DNA of 23,793 nucleotides from NCBI GenBank assembly GCA_043228905.1, contig JBHGNT010000466.1, forward strand, positions 1 to 23,793, read 5' to 3'. Shown in pieces: positions 10,192 to 22,834 of the stretch. Both the position numbers and the translations under genes were made by a program. The number at the start of each line of letters is the position of its first letter. Within the stretch, counting starts at the first letter, position 1. Below the pieces are notes generated by a model that had not been told where the DNA came from, ran no database searches, and was given only the letters and a program-made list of their open reading frames with translations. The DNA comes from Azolla caroliniana. Its lineage: Eukaryota > Plantae > Polypodiophyta.

Positions 10192-13100
10192 GTGGCTCGT
10201 GTGATATCGGATTTTTGTGTTCAAACATGCGAATCGAAGCTAACAACGCTAGCTATGATATAGAATTAAAAAATCAAGATTTTGAAACTCAGGTCGAGAG
10301 ACATGAAGAAATTACCAAATTTGAGGAGGTGGTTGAGAAGAGCTAGTAGCTAAATTAAAATGTTCATACGTGGCTCGTGTGTTATCGGATTTTTGTGTTC
10401 AAACAAGCAAATCGAAACTAACAACGCTAGCTATGACATGGAATTAAAAAATCAAGATTTTGAAACTCAGGTCGAGAGACATGACGAAATTACCAAATTT
10501 GAGGAGGTGGTTGAGAAGAGCGCGTGAGTAAATTAAAATGTTCATATGTGGCTCGTGTGATATCGGATTTTAGTGTTCAAACCTCCGAATCGAAGCTAAC
10601 AACGCTAGCTATGATATGCAATTAAGAAATCAAGATTTTGAAACTCAGGTCGAGATACATGACGAAATTACCAAATTTGATGAGGTGGTTGAGAAGAGCT
10701 AGTACCTAAATTAAAATGTTGATACCTGGCTCGTGTGATATCGAATTTTTGTGTTCAAACATGCGAATCGAAGCTAACAACGCTAGCTATGATATAGAAT
10801 TAAAAAATCAAGATTTTGAAACTCAGGTCGAGAGACATGAAGAAATTACCAAATTTGAGGAAGTGGTTGAGAAGAGCTAGTAGCTAAATTAAAATGTTCA
10901 TACGTGGCTCGTGTGATATCGGATTTTTGTGTTCAAACAAGCAAATCGAAACTAACAACGCTAGCTATGATATGGAATTAAAAAATCAAGATCTTGAAAA
11001 CTCAGGTCGAGAGACACGACGAAATTACCAAATTTGGGGAGGTGGTTGAGAAGAGCTAGTAGCTAAATTAAAATGTTCATATGTGGCTCGTGTGATGTCG
11101 GATTTTTGTGTTCAAACATGCGAATCGAAGCTAACAGCGCTAGCTATGATATAGAATTAAAAAATCAAGATTTTGAAACTCAGGTCGAGAGACATGAAGA
11201 AATTACCAAATTTGAGGAGGTGGTTGAGAAGAGCTAGTAGCTAAATTAAAATGTTCATACGTGGCTCGTGTGATAACGGATTTTTGTGTTCAAACAAGCA
11301 AATCGAAACTAACAACGCTAGCTATGATATGGAATTAAAAAAACAAGATTTTGAAACTCAGGTCGAGAGACATGACGAAATTACCAAATTTGAGGAGGTG
11401 GTTGAGAACAGCGCGTGAGTAAATTAAAATGTTCATACGTGGCTCGTGTGATATCGGATTTTAGTGTTCAAACCTTCGAATCGAAGCTAACAACGCTAGC
11501 TATGATATAGAATTAAAAAATCAAGATTTTGAAACTCAGGTCGAAATACATGAAGAAATTACCAAATTTGAGGAGGTGGTTGAGAAGAGCTAGTAGCTAA
11601 ATTAAAATGTTTATACGTGGCTCGTGTGTTATCGGATTTTTGTGTTCAAACAAGCAAATCGAAACTAACAACGCTAGCTATGATATGGAATTAAAAAATC
11701 AAGATTTTGAAACTCAGGTCGAGAGACATGACGAAATTACCAAATTTAAGGAGGTGGTTGAGAAGAGCGCGTGAGTAAATTAAAATGTTCATATGTGGCT
11801 CGTGTGATATCGGATTTTAGTGTTCAAACCTCCGAATCGAAGCTAACAACGCTAGCTATGATATGCAATTAAGAAATCAAGATTTTGAAACTCAGGTCGA
11901 GATACATGACGAAATTACCAAATTTGATGAGGTGGTTGAGAAGAGCTAGTACCTAAATTAAAATGTTGATACCTGGCTCGTGTGATATCGGATTTTTGTG
12001 TTCAAACATGCGAATCGAAGCTAACAACGCTAGCTATGATATAGAATTAAAAAATCAAGATTTTGAAACTCAGGTCGAGAGACATGAGGAAATTACCAAA
12101 ATTGAGGAGGTGGTTGAGAAGAGCTAGTAGCTAAATTAAAATGTCCATACGTGGCTCGTGTGATATCGGATTGTTTTGTTCAAACATGCGAATCGAAGCT
12201 AACAACGCTAGCTATTATATGGAATTAAAAAATCAAGATTTTGAAACTCAGGTAGAGAGACATGACGAAATTACCAAATTTGAGGAGGGAGTTGAGAAGA
12301 GCGCGTGAGTAAATTAAAATGTTCATACGTGGCTCGTGTGATATCGGATTTTTGTGTTCAAACATGCAAATCGAAGCTAACAACGCTAGCTATGATATAG
12401 AATAAAAAAATCAAGATTTTGAAACTCAGGTCGAGAGACATGAAGAAATTACCAAATTTGAGGAGGTGGTTGAGAAGAGCTAGTAGCTAAATTAAAATGT
12501 TCATACGTGGCTCGTGTGATAACGGATTTTTGTGTTCAAACAAGCAAATCGAAACTAACAACGCTAGCTATGATATGGAATTAAAAAAACAAGATTTTGA
12601 AATTCAGGTCGAGAGACATGACGAAATTACCAAATCTGAGGCGGTGGTTGAGAAGAGCGCGTGAGTAAATTAAAATGTTCATATGTGGCTCGTGTGATAT
12701 CGGATTTTAGTGTTCAAACCTCCGAATCGAAGCTAACAACGCTAGGTATGATATAGAATTAAAAAATCAAGATTTTAAAACTCAAGTCGAGAGACATGAC
12801 GAAATTACCAAATTTGAGGAGGTGGTTGAGAAGAGCTAGTAGCCAAATTAAAATGTTCATACGTGGCTCGTGTGATATGGGATTTTTGTGTTCAAACAAG
12901 CAAATCGAAGCTAACAACGCTATCTATGATATAGAATTAAAAAATCAAGATTTTGAAACTCAGGTCGAGAGACATGACGAAATTACCAAATTTGAGGAGT
13001 GAGTTGAGAAGAGCGCGTAGGTAAATTAAAATGTTCATACCTGGCTCGTGTCGTATCGGATTTATGGGTTCAAAGATGCGAATCGAAGCTAACAACGATA

Positions 13101-16100
13101 GCTATGATATGGAATTAAAAAACCAAGATTTTGAAACTCAGGTCGAGAGACATGACGAAATTACCAAATTTGAGGAGGGAGTTGAGGAGAGCGCGTGAGT
13201 AAATTAAAATGTTCATACGTGGCTCGTGTGATATCGGATTTTTGTGTTCAAACATGCAAATCGAAGCTAACCACGCTAGCTATGATATAGAATAAAAAAA
13301 TCAAGATTTTGAAACTCAGGTCGAGAGACATGAAGAAATTACCAAATTTGAGGAGGTGGTTGAGAAGAGCTAGTAGCTAAATTAAAATGTTCATACGTGG
13401 CTCGTGTGATAACGGATTTTTGTGTTCAAACAAGCAAGTCGAAACTAACAACGCTAGCTATGATATGGAATTAAAAAAACAAGATTTTGAAACTCAGGTC
13501 GAGAGACATGACGAAATTACCAAATTTGAGGAGGTGGTTGAGAACAGCGCGTGAGTAAATTAATATGTTCATATGTGGCTCGTGTGATATCGGATTTTAG
13601 TGTTCAAACCTTCGAATCGAAGCTAACAACGCTAGCTATGATATAGAATTAAAAAATCAAGATCTTGAAAACTCAGGTCGAGAGACACGACGAAATTACC
13701 AAATTTGGGGAGGTGGTTGAGAAGAGCTAGTAGCTAAATTAAAATGTTCATATGTGGCTCGTGTGATGTCGGATTTTTGTGTTCAAACATGCGAATCGAA
13801 GCTAACAGCGCTAGCTATGATATAGAATTAAAAAATCAAGATTTTGAAACTCAGGTCGAGAGACATGAAGAAATTACCAAATTTGAGGAGGTGGTTGAGA
13901 AGAGCTAGTAGCTAAATTAAAATGTTCATACGTGGCTCGTGTTTTATCGGATTTTTGTGTTCAAACAAGCAAATCGAAACTAACAACGCTAGCTATGATA
14001 TGGAATTAAAAAATCAAGATTTTGAAACTCAGGTCGAGAGACATGACGAAATTACCAAATTTGAGGAGGTGGTTGAGAAGAGCGCGTGAGTAAATTAAAA
14101 TGTTCATATGTGGCTCGTGTGATATCGGATTTTAGTGTTCAAACCTCCGAATCGAAGCTAAGAACGCTAGCTATGATATGCAATTAAGAAATCAAGATTT
14201 TGAAACTCAGGTCGAGAGACATGACGAAATTACCAAATTTGAGGAGGTGGTTGAGAAGAGCTAGTACCTAAATTAAAATGTTGATACCTGGCTCGTGTGA
14301 TATCGGATTTTGTGTTCAAACATGCGAATCGAAGCTAACAACGCTAGCTATGATATGGAATTAAAAAATCAAGATTTTGAAACTCAGGTCGAGAGACATG
14401 ACGAAATTACCAAATTTGAGGAGGTGGTTGAGAAGAGCGCGTGAGTAAATTAATATGTTCATATGGGGCTCGTGTGATATCGGATTTTTGTGTTCAAACA
14501 TGCGAATCGAAGCTAACAACGCTAGCTATGATATAGAATAAAAAAATCAAGATTTTGAAACTCAGGTCGAGAGACATGAAGAAATTACCAAATTTGAGGA
14601 GGTGGTTGAGAAGAGCTAGTAGCTAAATTAAAATGTTCATACGTGGCTCGTGTGTTATCGGATTTTTGTGTTCAAACAAGCAAATCGAAACTAACAACGC
14701 TAGCTATGATATGGAATTAAAAAATCAAGATTTTGAAACTCAGGTCGAGAGACATGACGAAATTACCAAATTTGAGGAGGTGGTTGAGAAGAGCGCGTGA
14801 GTAAATTAAAATGTTCATATGTGGCTCGTGTGATATCGGATTTTAGTGTTCAAACCTCCGAATCGAAGCTAACAACGCTAGCTATGATATGCAATTAAGA
14901 AATCAAGATTTTGAAACTCAGGTCGAGATACATGACGAAATTACCAAATTTGATGAGGTGGTTGAGAAGAGCTAGTACCTAAATTAAAATGTTGATACCT
15001 GGCTCGTGTGATATCGGATTTTTGTGTTCAAACATGCGAATCGAAGCTAACAACGCTAGCTATGATATAGAATTAAAAAATCAAGATTTTGAAACTCAGG
15101 TCGAGAGACATGACGAAATTACCAAATTTGAGGAGGTGGTTGAGAAGAGCTAGTAGCTAAATTAAAATGTTCATACGTGGCTCGTGTGATATCGGATTTT
15201 TGTGTTCAAACAAGCAAATCGAAACTAACAACGCTAGCTATGATATGGAATTAAAAAATCAAGATCTTGAAAACTCAGGTCGAGAGACACGACGAAATTA
15301 CCAAATTTGGGGAGGTGGTTGAGAAGAGCTAGTAGCTAAATTAAAATGTTCATATGTGGCTCGTGTGATGTCGGATTTTTGTGTTCAAACATGCGAATCG
15401 AAGCTAACAGCGCTAGCTATGATATAGAATTAAAAAATCAAGATTTTGAAACTCAGGTCGAGAGACATGAAGAAATTACCAAATTTGAGGAGGTGGTTGA
15501 GAAGAGCTAGTAGCTAAATTAAAATGTTCATACGTGGCTCGTGTGTTATCGGATTTTTGTGTTCAAACAAGCAAATCGAAACTAACAACACTAGCTATGA
15601 TATGGAATTAAAAAATCAAGATTTTGAAACTCAGGTCGAGAGACATGACGAAATTACCAAATTTGAGGAGGTGGTTGAGAAGAGCGCGTGAGTAAATTAA
15701 AATGTTCATATGTGGCTCGTGTGATATCGGATTTTAGTGTTCAAACCTCCGAATCGAAGCTAAGAACGCTAGCTATGATATGCAATTAAGAAATCAAGAT
15801 TTTGAAACTCAGGTCGAGAGACATGACGAAATTACCAAATTTGAGGAGGTGGTTGAGAAGAGCTAGTACCTAAATTAAAATGTTGATACCTGGCTCGTGT
15901 GATATCGGATTTTTGTGTTCAAACATGCGAATCGAAGCTAACAACGCTAGCTATGGTATAGAATTAAAAAATCAAGATTTTGAAACTCAGGTCGAGAGAC
16001 ATGAAGAAATTACCAAATTTGAGAAGGTGGTTGAGAAGAGCTAGTAGCTAAATTAAAATGTTCATACGTGGCTCGTGTGTTATCGGATTTTTGTGTTCAA

Positions 16101-18653
16101 ACAAGCAAATCGAAACTAACAACGCTAGCTATGATATGGAATTAAAAAATCAAGATCTTGAAAACTCAGGTCGAGAGACACGACGAAATTACCAAATTTG
16201 GGGAGGTGGTTGAGAAGAGCTAGTAGCTAAATTAAAATGTTCATATGTGGCTCGTGTGATGTCGGATTTTTGTGTTCAAACATGCGAATCGAAGCTAACA
16301 GCGCTAGCTATGATATAGAATTAAAAAATCAAGATTTTGAAACTCAGGTCGAGAGACATGAAGAAATTACCAAATTTGAGGAGGTGGTTGAGAAGAGCTA
16401 GTAGCTAAATTAAAATGTTCATACGTGGCTCGTGTGTTATCGGATTTTTGTGTTCAAACAAGCAAATCGAAACTAACAACGCTAGCTATGATATGGAATT
16501 AAAAAATCAAGATTTTGAAACTCAGGTCGAGAGACATGACGAAATTACCAAATTTGAGGAGGTGGTTGAGAAGAGCGCGTGAGTAAATTAAAATGTTCAT
16601 ATGTGGCTCGTGTGATATCGGATTTTAGTGTTCAAACCTCCGAATCGAAGCTAAGAACGCTTGCTATGATATGCAATTAAGAAATCAAGATTTTGAAACT
16701 CAGGTCGAGATACATGACGAAATTACCAAATTTGAGGAGGTGGTTGAGAAGAGCTAGTAGCAAAGTTAAAATGTTCATACGTGGCTCGTGTGATATCGGA
16801 TTTTTGTGTTCAAACATGCGAATCCAAGCTAACAACGCTAGCTATGATATAGAATTAAAAAATCAAGATTTTGAAACTCAGGTCGAGATTCATGACGAAA
16901 TTACCAAATTTGAGGAGGTGGTTGAGAAGAGCGCGTGAGTGAATTAAAATGTTCATATGTGGCTCGTGTGATATCGGATTTTAGTGTTCAAACCTCCGAA
17001 TCGAAGCTAAGAACGCTAGCTATGATATGCAATTAAGAAATCAAGATTTTGAAACTCAGGTCGAGAGACATGACGAAATTACCAAATTTGAGGAGGTGGT
17101 TGAGAAGAGCTAGTACCTAAATTAAAATGTTGATACCTGGCTCATGTGATATCGGATTTTTGTGTTCAAACATGCAAATCGAAACTAACAACGCTAGCTA
17201 TGATATGGAATTAAAAAATCAAGATTTTGAAACTCAGGTAGAGAGACATGACGAAATTAGCAAATTTGAGGAGGGAGTTGAGAAGAGCGCGTGAGTAAAT
17301 TAAAATGTTCATACGTGGCTCGTGTGATATCCGATTTTTGTGTTCAAACATGCGAATCGAAGCTAACAACGCTAGCTATGATATAGAATTAAAAAATCAA
17401 GATTTTGAAACTCAGGTCGAGAGACATGAGGAAATTACCAAATTTGAGGAGGTGGTTGAGAAGAGCTAGTAGCTAAATTAAAATGTCCATACGTGGCTCG
17501 TGTGATATCGGATTTCTGTGTTCAAACATGCGAATCGAAGCTAACAACGCTAGCTATGATATGGAATTAAAAAATCAAGATTTTGAAACTCAGGTAGAGA
17601 GACATGACAAAATTACCAAATTTGAGGAGGGAGTTGAGAAGAGCGCGTGAGTAAATTAAAATGTTCATACGTGGCTCGTGTGATATCGGATTTTTGTGTT
17701 CAAACATGCAAATCGAAGCTAACAACGCTAGCTATGATATAGAATAAAAAAATCAAGATTTTAAAACTCAGGTCGAGAGACATGAAGAAATTACCAAATT
17801 TGAGGAGGTGGTTGAGAAGAGCTAGTAGCTAAATTAAAATGTCCATACGTGGCTCGTGTGATATCTGATTTTTTTGTTCAAACATGCGAATCGAAACTAA
17901 CAACGCTAGCTATGATATAGAATAAAAAAATCAAGATTTTGAAACTCAGGTCGAGAGACATGAAGAAATTACCAAATTTGAGGAGGTGGTTGAGAAGAGC
18001 TAGTAGCTAAATTAAAATGTTCATACGTGGCTCGTGTGTTATCGGATTTTTGTGTTCAAACAAGCAAATCGAAACTAACAACGCTAGCTATGATATGGAA
18101 TTAAAAAATCAAGATTTTGAAACTCAGGTCGAGATACATGACGAAATTACCAAATTTGATGAGGTGGTTGAGAAGAGCTAGTACCTAAATTAAAATGTTG
18201 ATACCTGGCTCGTGTGATATCGGATTTTTGTGTTCAAACATGCGAATCGAAGCTAACAACGCTAGCTATGATATAGAATTAAAAAATCAAGATTTTGAAA
18301 CTCAGGTCGAGAGACATGAAGAAATTACCAAATTTGAGGAGGTGGTTGAGAAGAGCTAGTAGCTAAATTAAAATGTTCATACGTGGCTCGTGTGTTATCG
18401 GATTTTTGTGTTCAAACAAGCAAATCGAAACTAACAACGCTAGCTATGATATGGAATTAAAAAATCAAGATCTTGAAAACTCAGGTCGAGAGACACGACG
18501 AAATTACCAAATTTGGGGAGGTGGTTGAGAAGAGCTAGTAGCTAAATTAAAATGTTCATATGTGGCTCGTGTGATGTCGGATTTTTGTGTTCAAACATGC
18601 GAATCGAAGCTAACAGCGCTAGCTATGATATAGAATTAAAAAATCAAGATTTT
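10192..18653. repeat. Large higher-order block, copy 2
   Basis: Matches 755-9216 with only two differences found by eye: 1340G vs 10777A and 1653A vs 11090G. Confidence 0.93.
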
Positions 18654-21600
18654 AAAACTCAGGTCGAGAGACATGAAGAAATTACCGAATTTGGGGAGGT
18701 GGTTGAGAAGAGCTAGTAGCTAAATTAAAATGTTCATACGTGGCTCGTGTGATATCGGATTTCTGTGTTCAAACATGCGAATCGAAGCTAACAACGCTAG
18801 CTATGATATGGAATTAAAAAATCAAGATTTTGAAACTCAGGTAGAGAGACATGACAAAATTACCAAATTTGAGGAGGGAGTTGAGAAGAGCGCGTGAGTA
18901 AATTAAAATGTTCATACGTGGCTCGTGTGATATCGGATTTTTGTGTTCAAACATGCAAATCGAAGCTAACAACGCTAGCTATGATATAGAATAAAAAAAT
19001 CAAGATTTTAAAACTCAGGTCGAGAGACATGAAGAAATTACCAAATTTGAGGAGGTGGTTGAGAAGAGCTAGTAGCTAAATTAAAATGTCCATACGTGGC
19101 TCGTGTGATATCTGATTTTTTTGTTCAAACATGCGAATCGAAACTAACAACGCTAGCTATGATATAGAATAAAAAAATCAAGATTTTGAAACTCAGGTCG
19201 AGAGACATGAAGAAATTACCAAATTTGAGGAGGTGGTTGAGAAGAGCTAGTAGCTAAATTAAAATGTTCATACGTGGCTCGTGTGTTATCGGATTTTTGT
19301 GTTCAAACAAGCAAATCGAAACTAACAACGCTAGCTATGATATGGAATTAAAAAATCAAGATTTTGAAACTCAGGTCGAGAGACATGACGAAATTACCAA
19401 ATTTGAGGAGGTGGTTGAGAAGAGCGCGTGAGTAAATTAAAATGTTCATATGTGGCTCGTGTGATATCGGATTTTAGTGTTCAAACCTCCGAATCGAAGC
19501 TAAGAACGCTTGCTATGATATGCAATTAAGAAATCAAGATTTTGAAACTCAGGTCGAGATACATGACGAAATTACCAAATTTGAGGAGGTGGTTGAGAAG
19601 AGCTAGTAGCAAAGTTAAAATGTTCATACGTGGCTCGTGTGATATCGGATTTTTGTGTTCAAACATGCGAATCCAAGCTAACAACGCTAGCTATGATATA
19701 GAATTAAAAAATCAAGATTTTGAAACTCAGGTCGAGATTCATGACGAAATTACCAAATTTGAGGAGGTGGTTGAGAAGAGCGCGTGAGTGAATTAAAATG
19801 TTCATATGTGGCTCGTGTGATATCGGATTTTAGTGTTCAAACCTCCGAATCGAAGCTAAGAACGCTAGCTATGATATGCAATTAAGAAATCAAGATTTTG
19901 AAACTCAGGTCGAGAGACATGACGAAATTACCAAATTTGAGGAGGTGGTTGAGAAGAGCTAGTACCTAAATTAAAATGTTGATACCTGGCTCATGTGATA
20001 TCGGATTTTTGTGTTCAAACATGCAAATCGAAACTAACAACGCTAGCTATGATATGGAATTAAAAAATCAAGATTTTGAAACTCAGGTAGAGAGACATGA
20101 CGAAATTAGCAAATTTGAGGAGGGAGTTGAGAAGAGCGCGTGAGTAAATTAAAATGTTCATACGTGGCTCGTGTGATATCCGATTTTTGTGTTCAAACAT
20201 GCGAATCGAAGCTAACAACGCTAGCTATGATATAGAATTAAAAAATCAAGATTTTGAAACTCAGGTCGAGAGACATGAGGAAATTACCAAATTTGAGGAG
20301 GTGGTTGAGAAGAGCTAGTAGCTAAATTAAAATGTCCATACGTGGCTCGTGTGATATCGGATTTCTGTGTTCAAACATGCGAATCGAAGCTAACAACGCT
20401 AGCTATGATATGGAATTAAAAAATCAAGATTTTGAAACTCAGGTAGAGAGACATGACAAAATTACCAAATTTGAGGAGGGAGTTGAGAAGAGCGCGTGAG
20501 TAAATTAAAATGTTCATACGTGGCTCGTGTGATATCGGATTTTTGTGTTCAAACATGCAAATCGAAGCTAACAACGCTAGCTATGATATAGAATAAAAAA
20601 ATCAAGATTTTAAAACTCAGGTCGAGAGACATGAAGAAATTACCAAATTTGAGGAGGTGGTTGAGAAGAGCTAGTAGCTAAATTAAAATGTCCATACGTG
20701 GCTCGTGTGATATCTGATTTTTTTGTTCAAACATGCGAATCGAAACTAACAACGCTAGCTATGATATAGAATAAAAAAATCAAGATTTTGAAACTCAGGT
20801 CGAGAGACATGAAGAAATTACCAAATTTGAGGAGGTGGTTGAGAAGAGCTAGTAGCTAAATTAAAATGTTCATACGTGGCTCGTGTGTTATCGGATTTTT
20901 GTGTTCAAACAAGCAAATCGAAACTAACAACGCTAGCTATGATATGGAATTAAAAAATCAAGATTTTGAAACTCAGGTCGAGATACATGACGAAATTACC
21001 AAATTTGATGAGGTGGTTGAGAAGAGCTAGTACCTAAATTAAAATGTTGATACCTGGCTCGTGTGATATCGGATTTTTGTGTTCAAACATGCGAATCGAA
21101 GCTAACAACGCTAGCTATGATATAGAATTAAAAAATCAAGATTTTGAAACTCAGGTCGAGAGACATGAAGAAATTACCAAATTTGAGGAGGTGGTTGAGA
21201 AGAGCTAGTAGCTAAATTAAAATGTTCATACGTGGCTCGTGTGTTATCGGATTTTTGTGTTCAAACAAGCAAATCGAAACTAACAACGCTAGCTATGATA
21301 TGGAATTAAAAAATCAAGATCTTGAAAACTCAGGTCGAGAGACACGACGAAATTACCAAATTTGGGGAGGTGGTTGAGAAGAGCTAGTAGCTAAATTAAA
21401 ATGTTCATATGTGGCTCGTGTGATGTCGGATTTTTGTGTTCAAACATGCGAATCGAAGCTAACAGCGCTAGCTATGATATAGAATTAAAAAATCAAGATT
21501 TTAAAACTCAGGTCGAGAGACATGAAGAAATTACCAAATTTGGGGAGGTGGTTGAGAAGAGCTAGTAGCTAAATTAAAATGTTCATACGTGGCTCGTGTG

Positions 21601-22230
21601 ATATCGGATTTCTGTGTTCAAACATGCGAATCGAAGCTAACAACGCTAGCTATGATATGGAATTAAAAAATCAAGATTTTGAAACTCAGGTAGAGAGACA
21701 TGACAAAATTACCAAATTTGAGGAGGGAGTTGAGAAGAGCGCGTGAGTAAATTAAAATGTTCATACGTGGCTCGTGTGATATCGGATTTTTGTGTTCAAA
21801 CATGCAAATCGAAGCTAACAACGCTAGCTATGATATAGAATAAAAAAATCAAGATTTTAAAACTCAGGTCGAGAGACATGAAGAAATTACCAAATTTGAG
21901 GAGGTGGTTGAGAAGAGCTAGTAGCTAAATTAAAATGTCCATACGTGGCTCGTGTGATATCTGATTTTTTTGTTCAAACATGCGAATCGAAACTAACAAC
22001 GCTAGCTATGATATAGAATAAAAAAATCAAGATTTTGAAACTCAGGTCGAGAGACATGAAGAAATTACCAAATTTGAGGAGGTGGTTGAGAAGAGCTAGT
22101 AGCTAAATTAAAATGTTCATACGTGGCTCGTGTGTTATCGGATTTTTGTGTTCAAACAAGCAAATCGAAACTAACAACGCTAGCTATGATATGGAATTAA
22201 AAAATCAAGATTTTGAAACTCAGGTCGAGA
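16323..22230. repeat. Tandem duplication of a 16-monomer unit (period 2849 bp)
   Basis: 16323-19381 matches 19172-22230 with one mismatch seen (18687G vs 21536A). Identical ORFs at 16693 and 19542. 2849 = 16x178+1. Confidence 0.92.
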
Positions 22231-22834
22231 TACATGACGAAATTACCAAATTTGATGAGGTGGTTGAGAAGAGCTAGTACCTAAATTAAAATGTTGATAC
22301 CTGGCTCGTGTGATATCGGATTTTTGTGTTCAAACATGCGAATCGAAGCTAACAACGCTAGCTATGATATAGAATTAAAAAATCAAGATTTTGAAACTCA
22401 GGTCGAGAGACATGAAGAAATTACCAAATTTGAGGAGGTGGTTGAGAAGAGCTAGTAGCTAAATTAAAATGTTCATACGTGGCTCGTGTGTTATCGGATT
22501 TTTGTGTTCAAACAAGCAAATCGAAACTAACAACGCTAGCTATGATATGGAATTAAAAAATCAAGATCTTGAAAACTCAGGTCGAGAGACACGACGAAAT
22601 TACCAAATTTGGGGAGGTGGTTGAGAAGAGCTAGTAGCTAAATTAAAATGTTCATATGTGGCTCGTGTGATGTCGGATTTTTGTGTTCAAACATGCGAAT
22701 CGAAGCTAACAGCGCTAGCTATGATATAGAATTAAAAAATCAAGATTTTAAAACTCAGGTCGAGAGACATGAAGAAATTACCAAATTTGGGGAGGTGGTT
22801 GAGAAGAGCTAGTAGCTAAATTAAAATGTTCATA
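20337..22834. repeat. Tandem duplication of a 7-monomer unit (period 1247 bp)
   Basis: 20337-21587 matches 21584-22834 with no mismatch seen; markers TTTCTGTG, GACAAAA, ATCTGATTTTTTTG, GATCTTGAAAAC and TTTTAAAAC..TTTGGGG occur in the same order. 1247 = 7x178+1. Confidence 0.9.
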
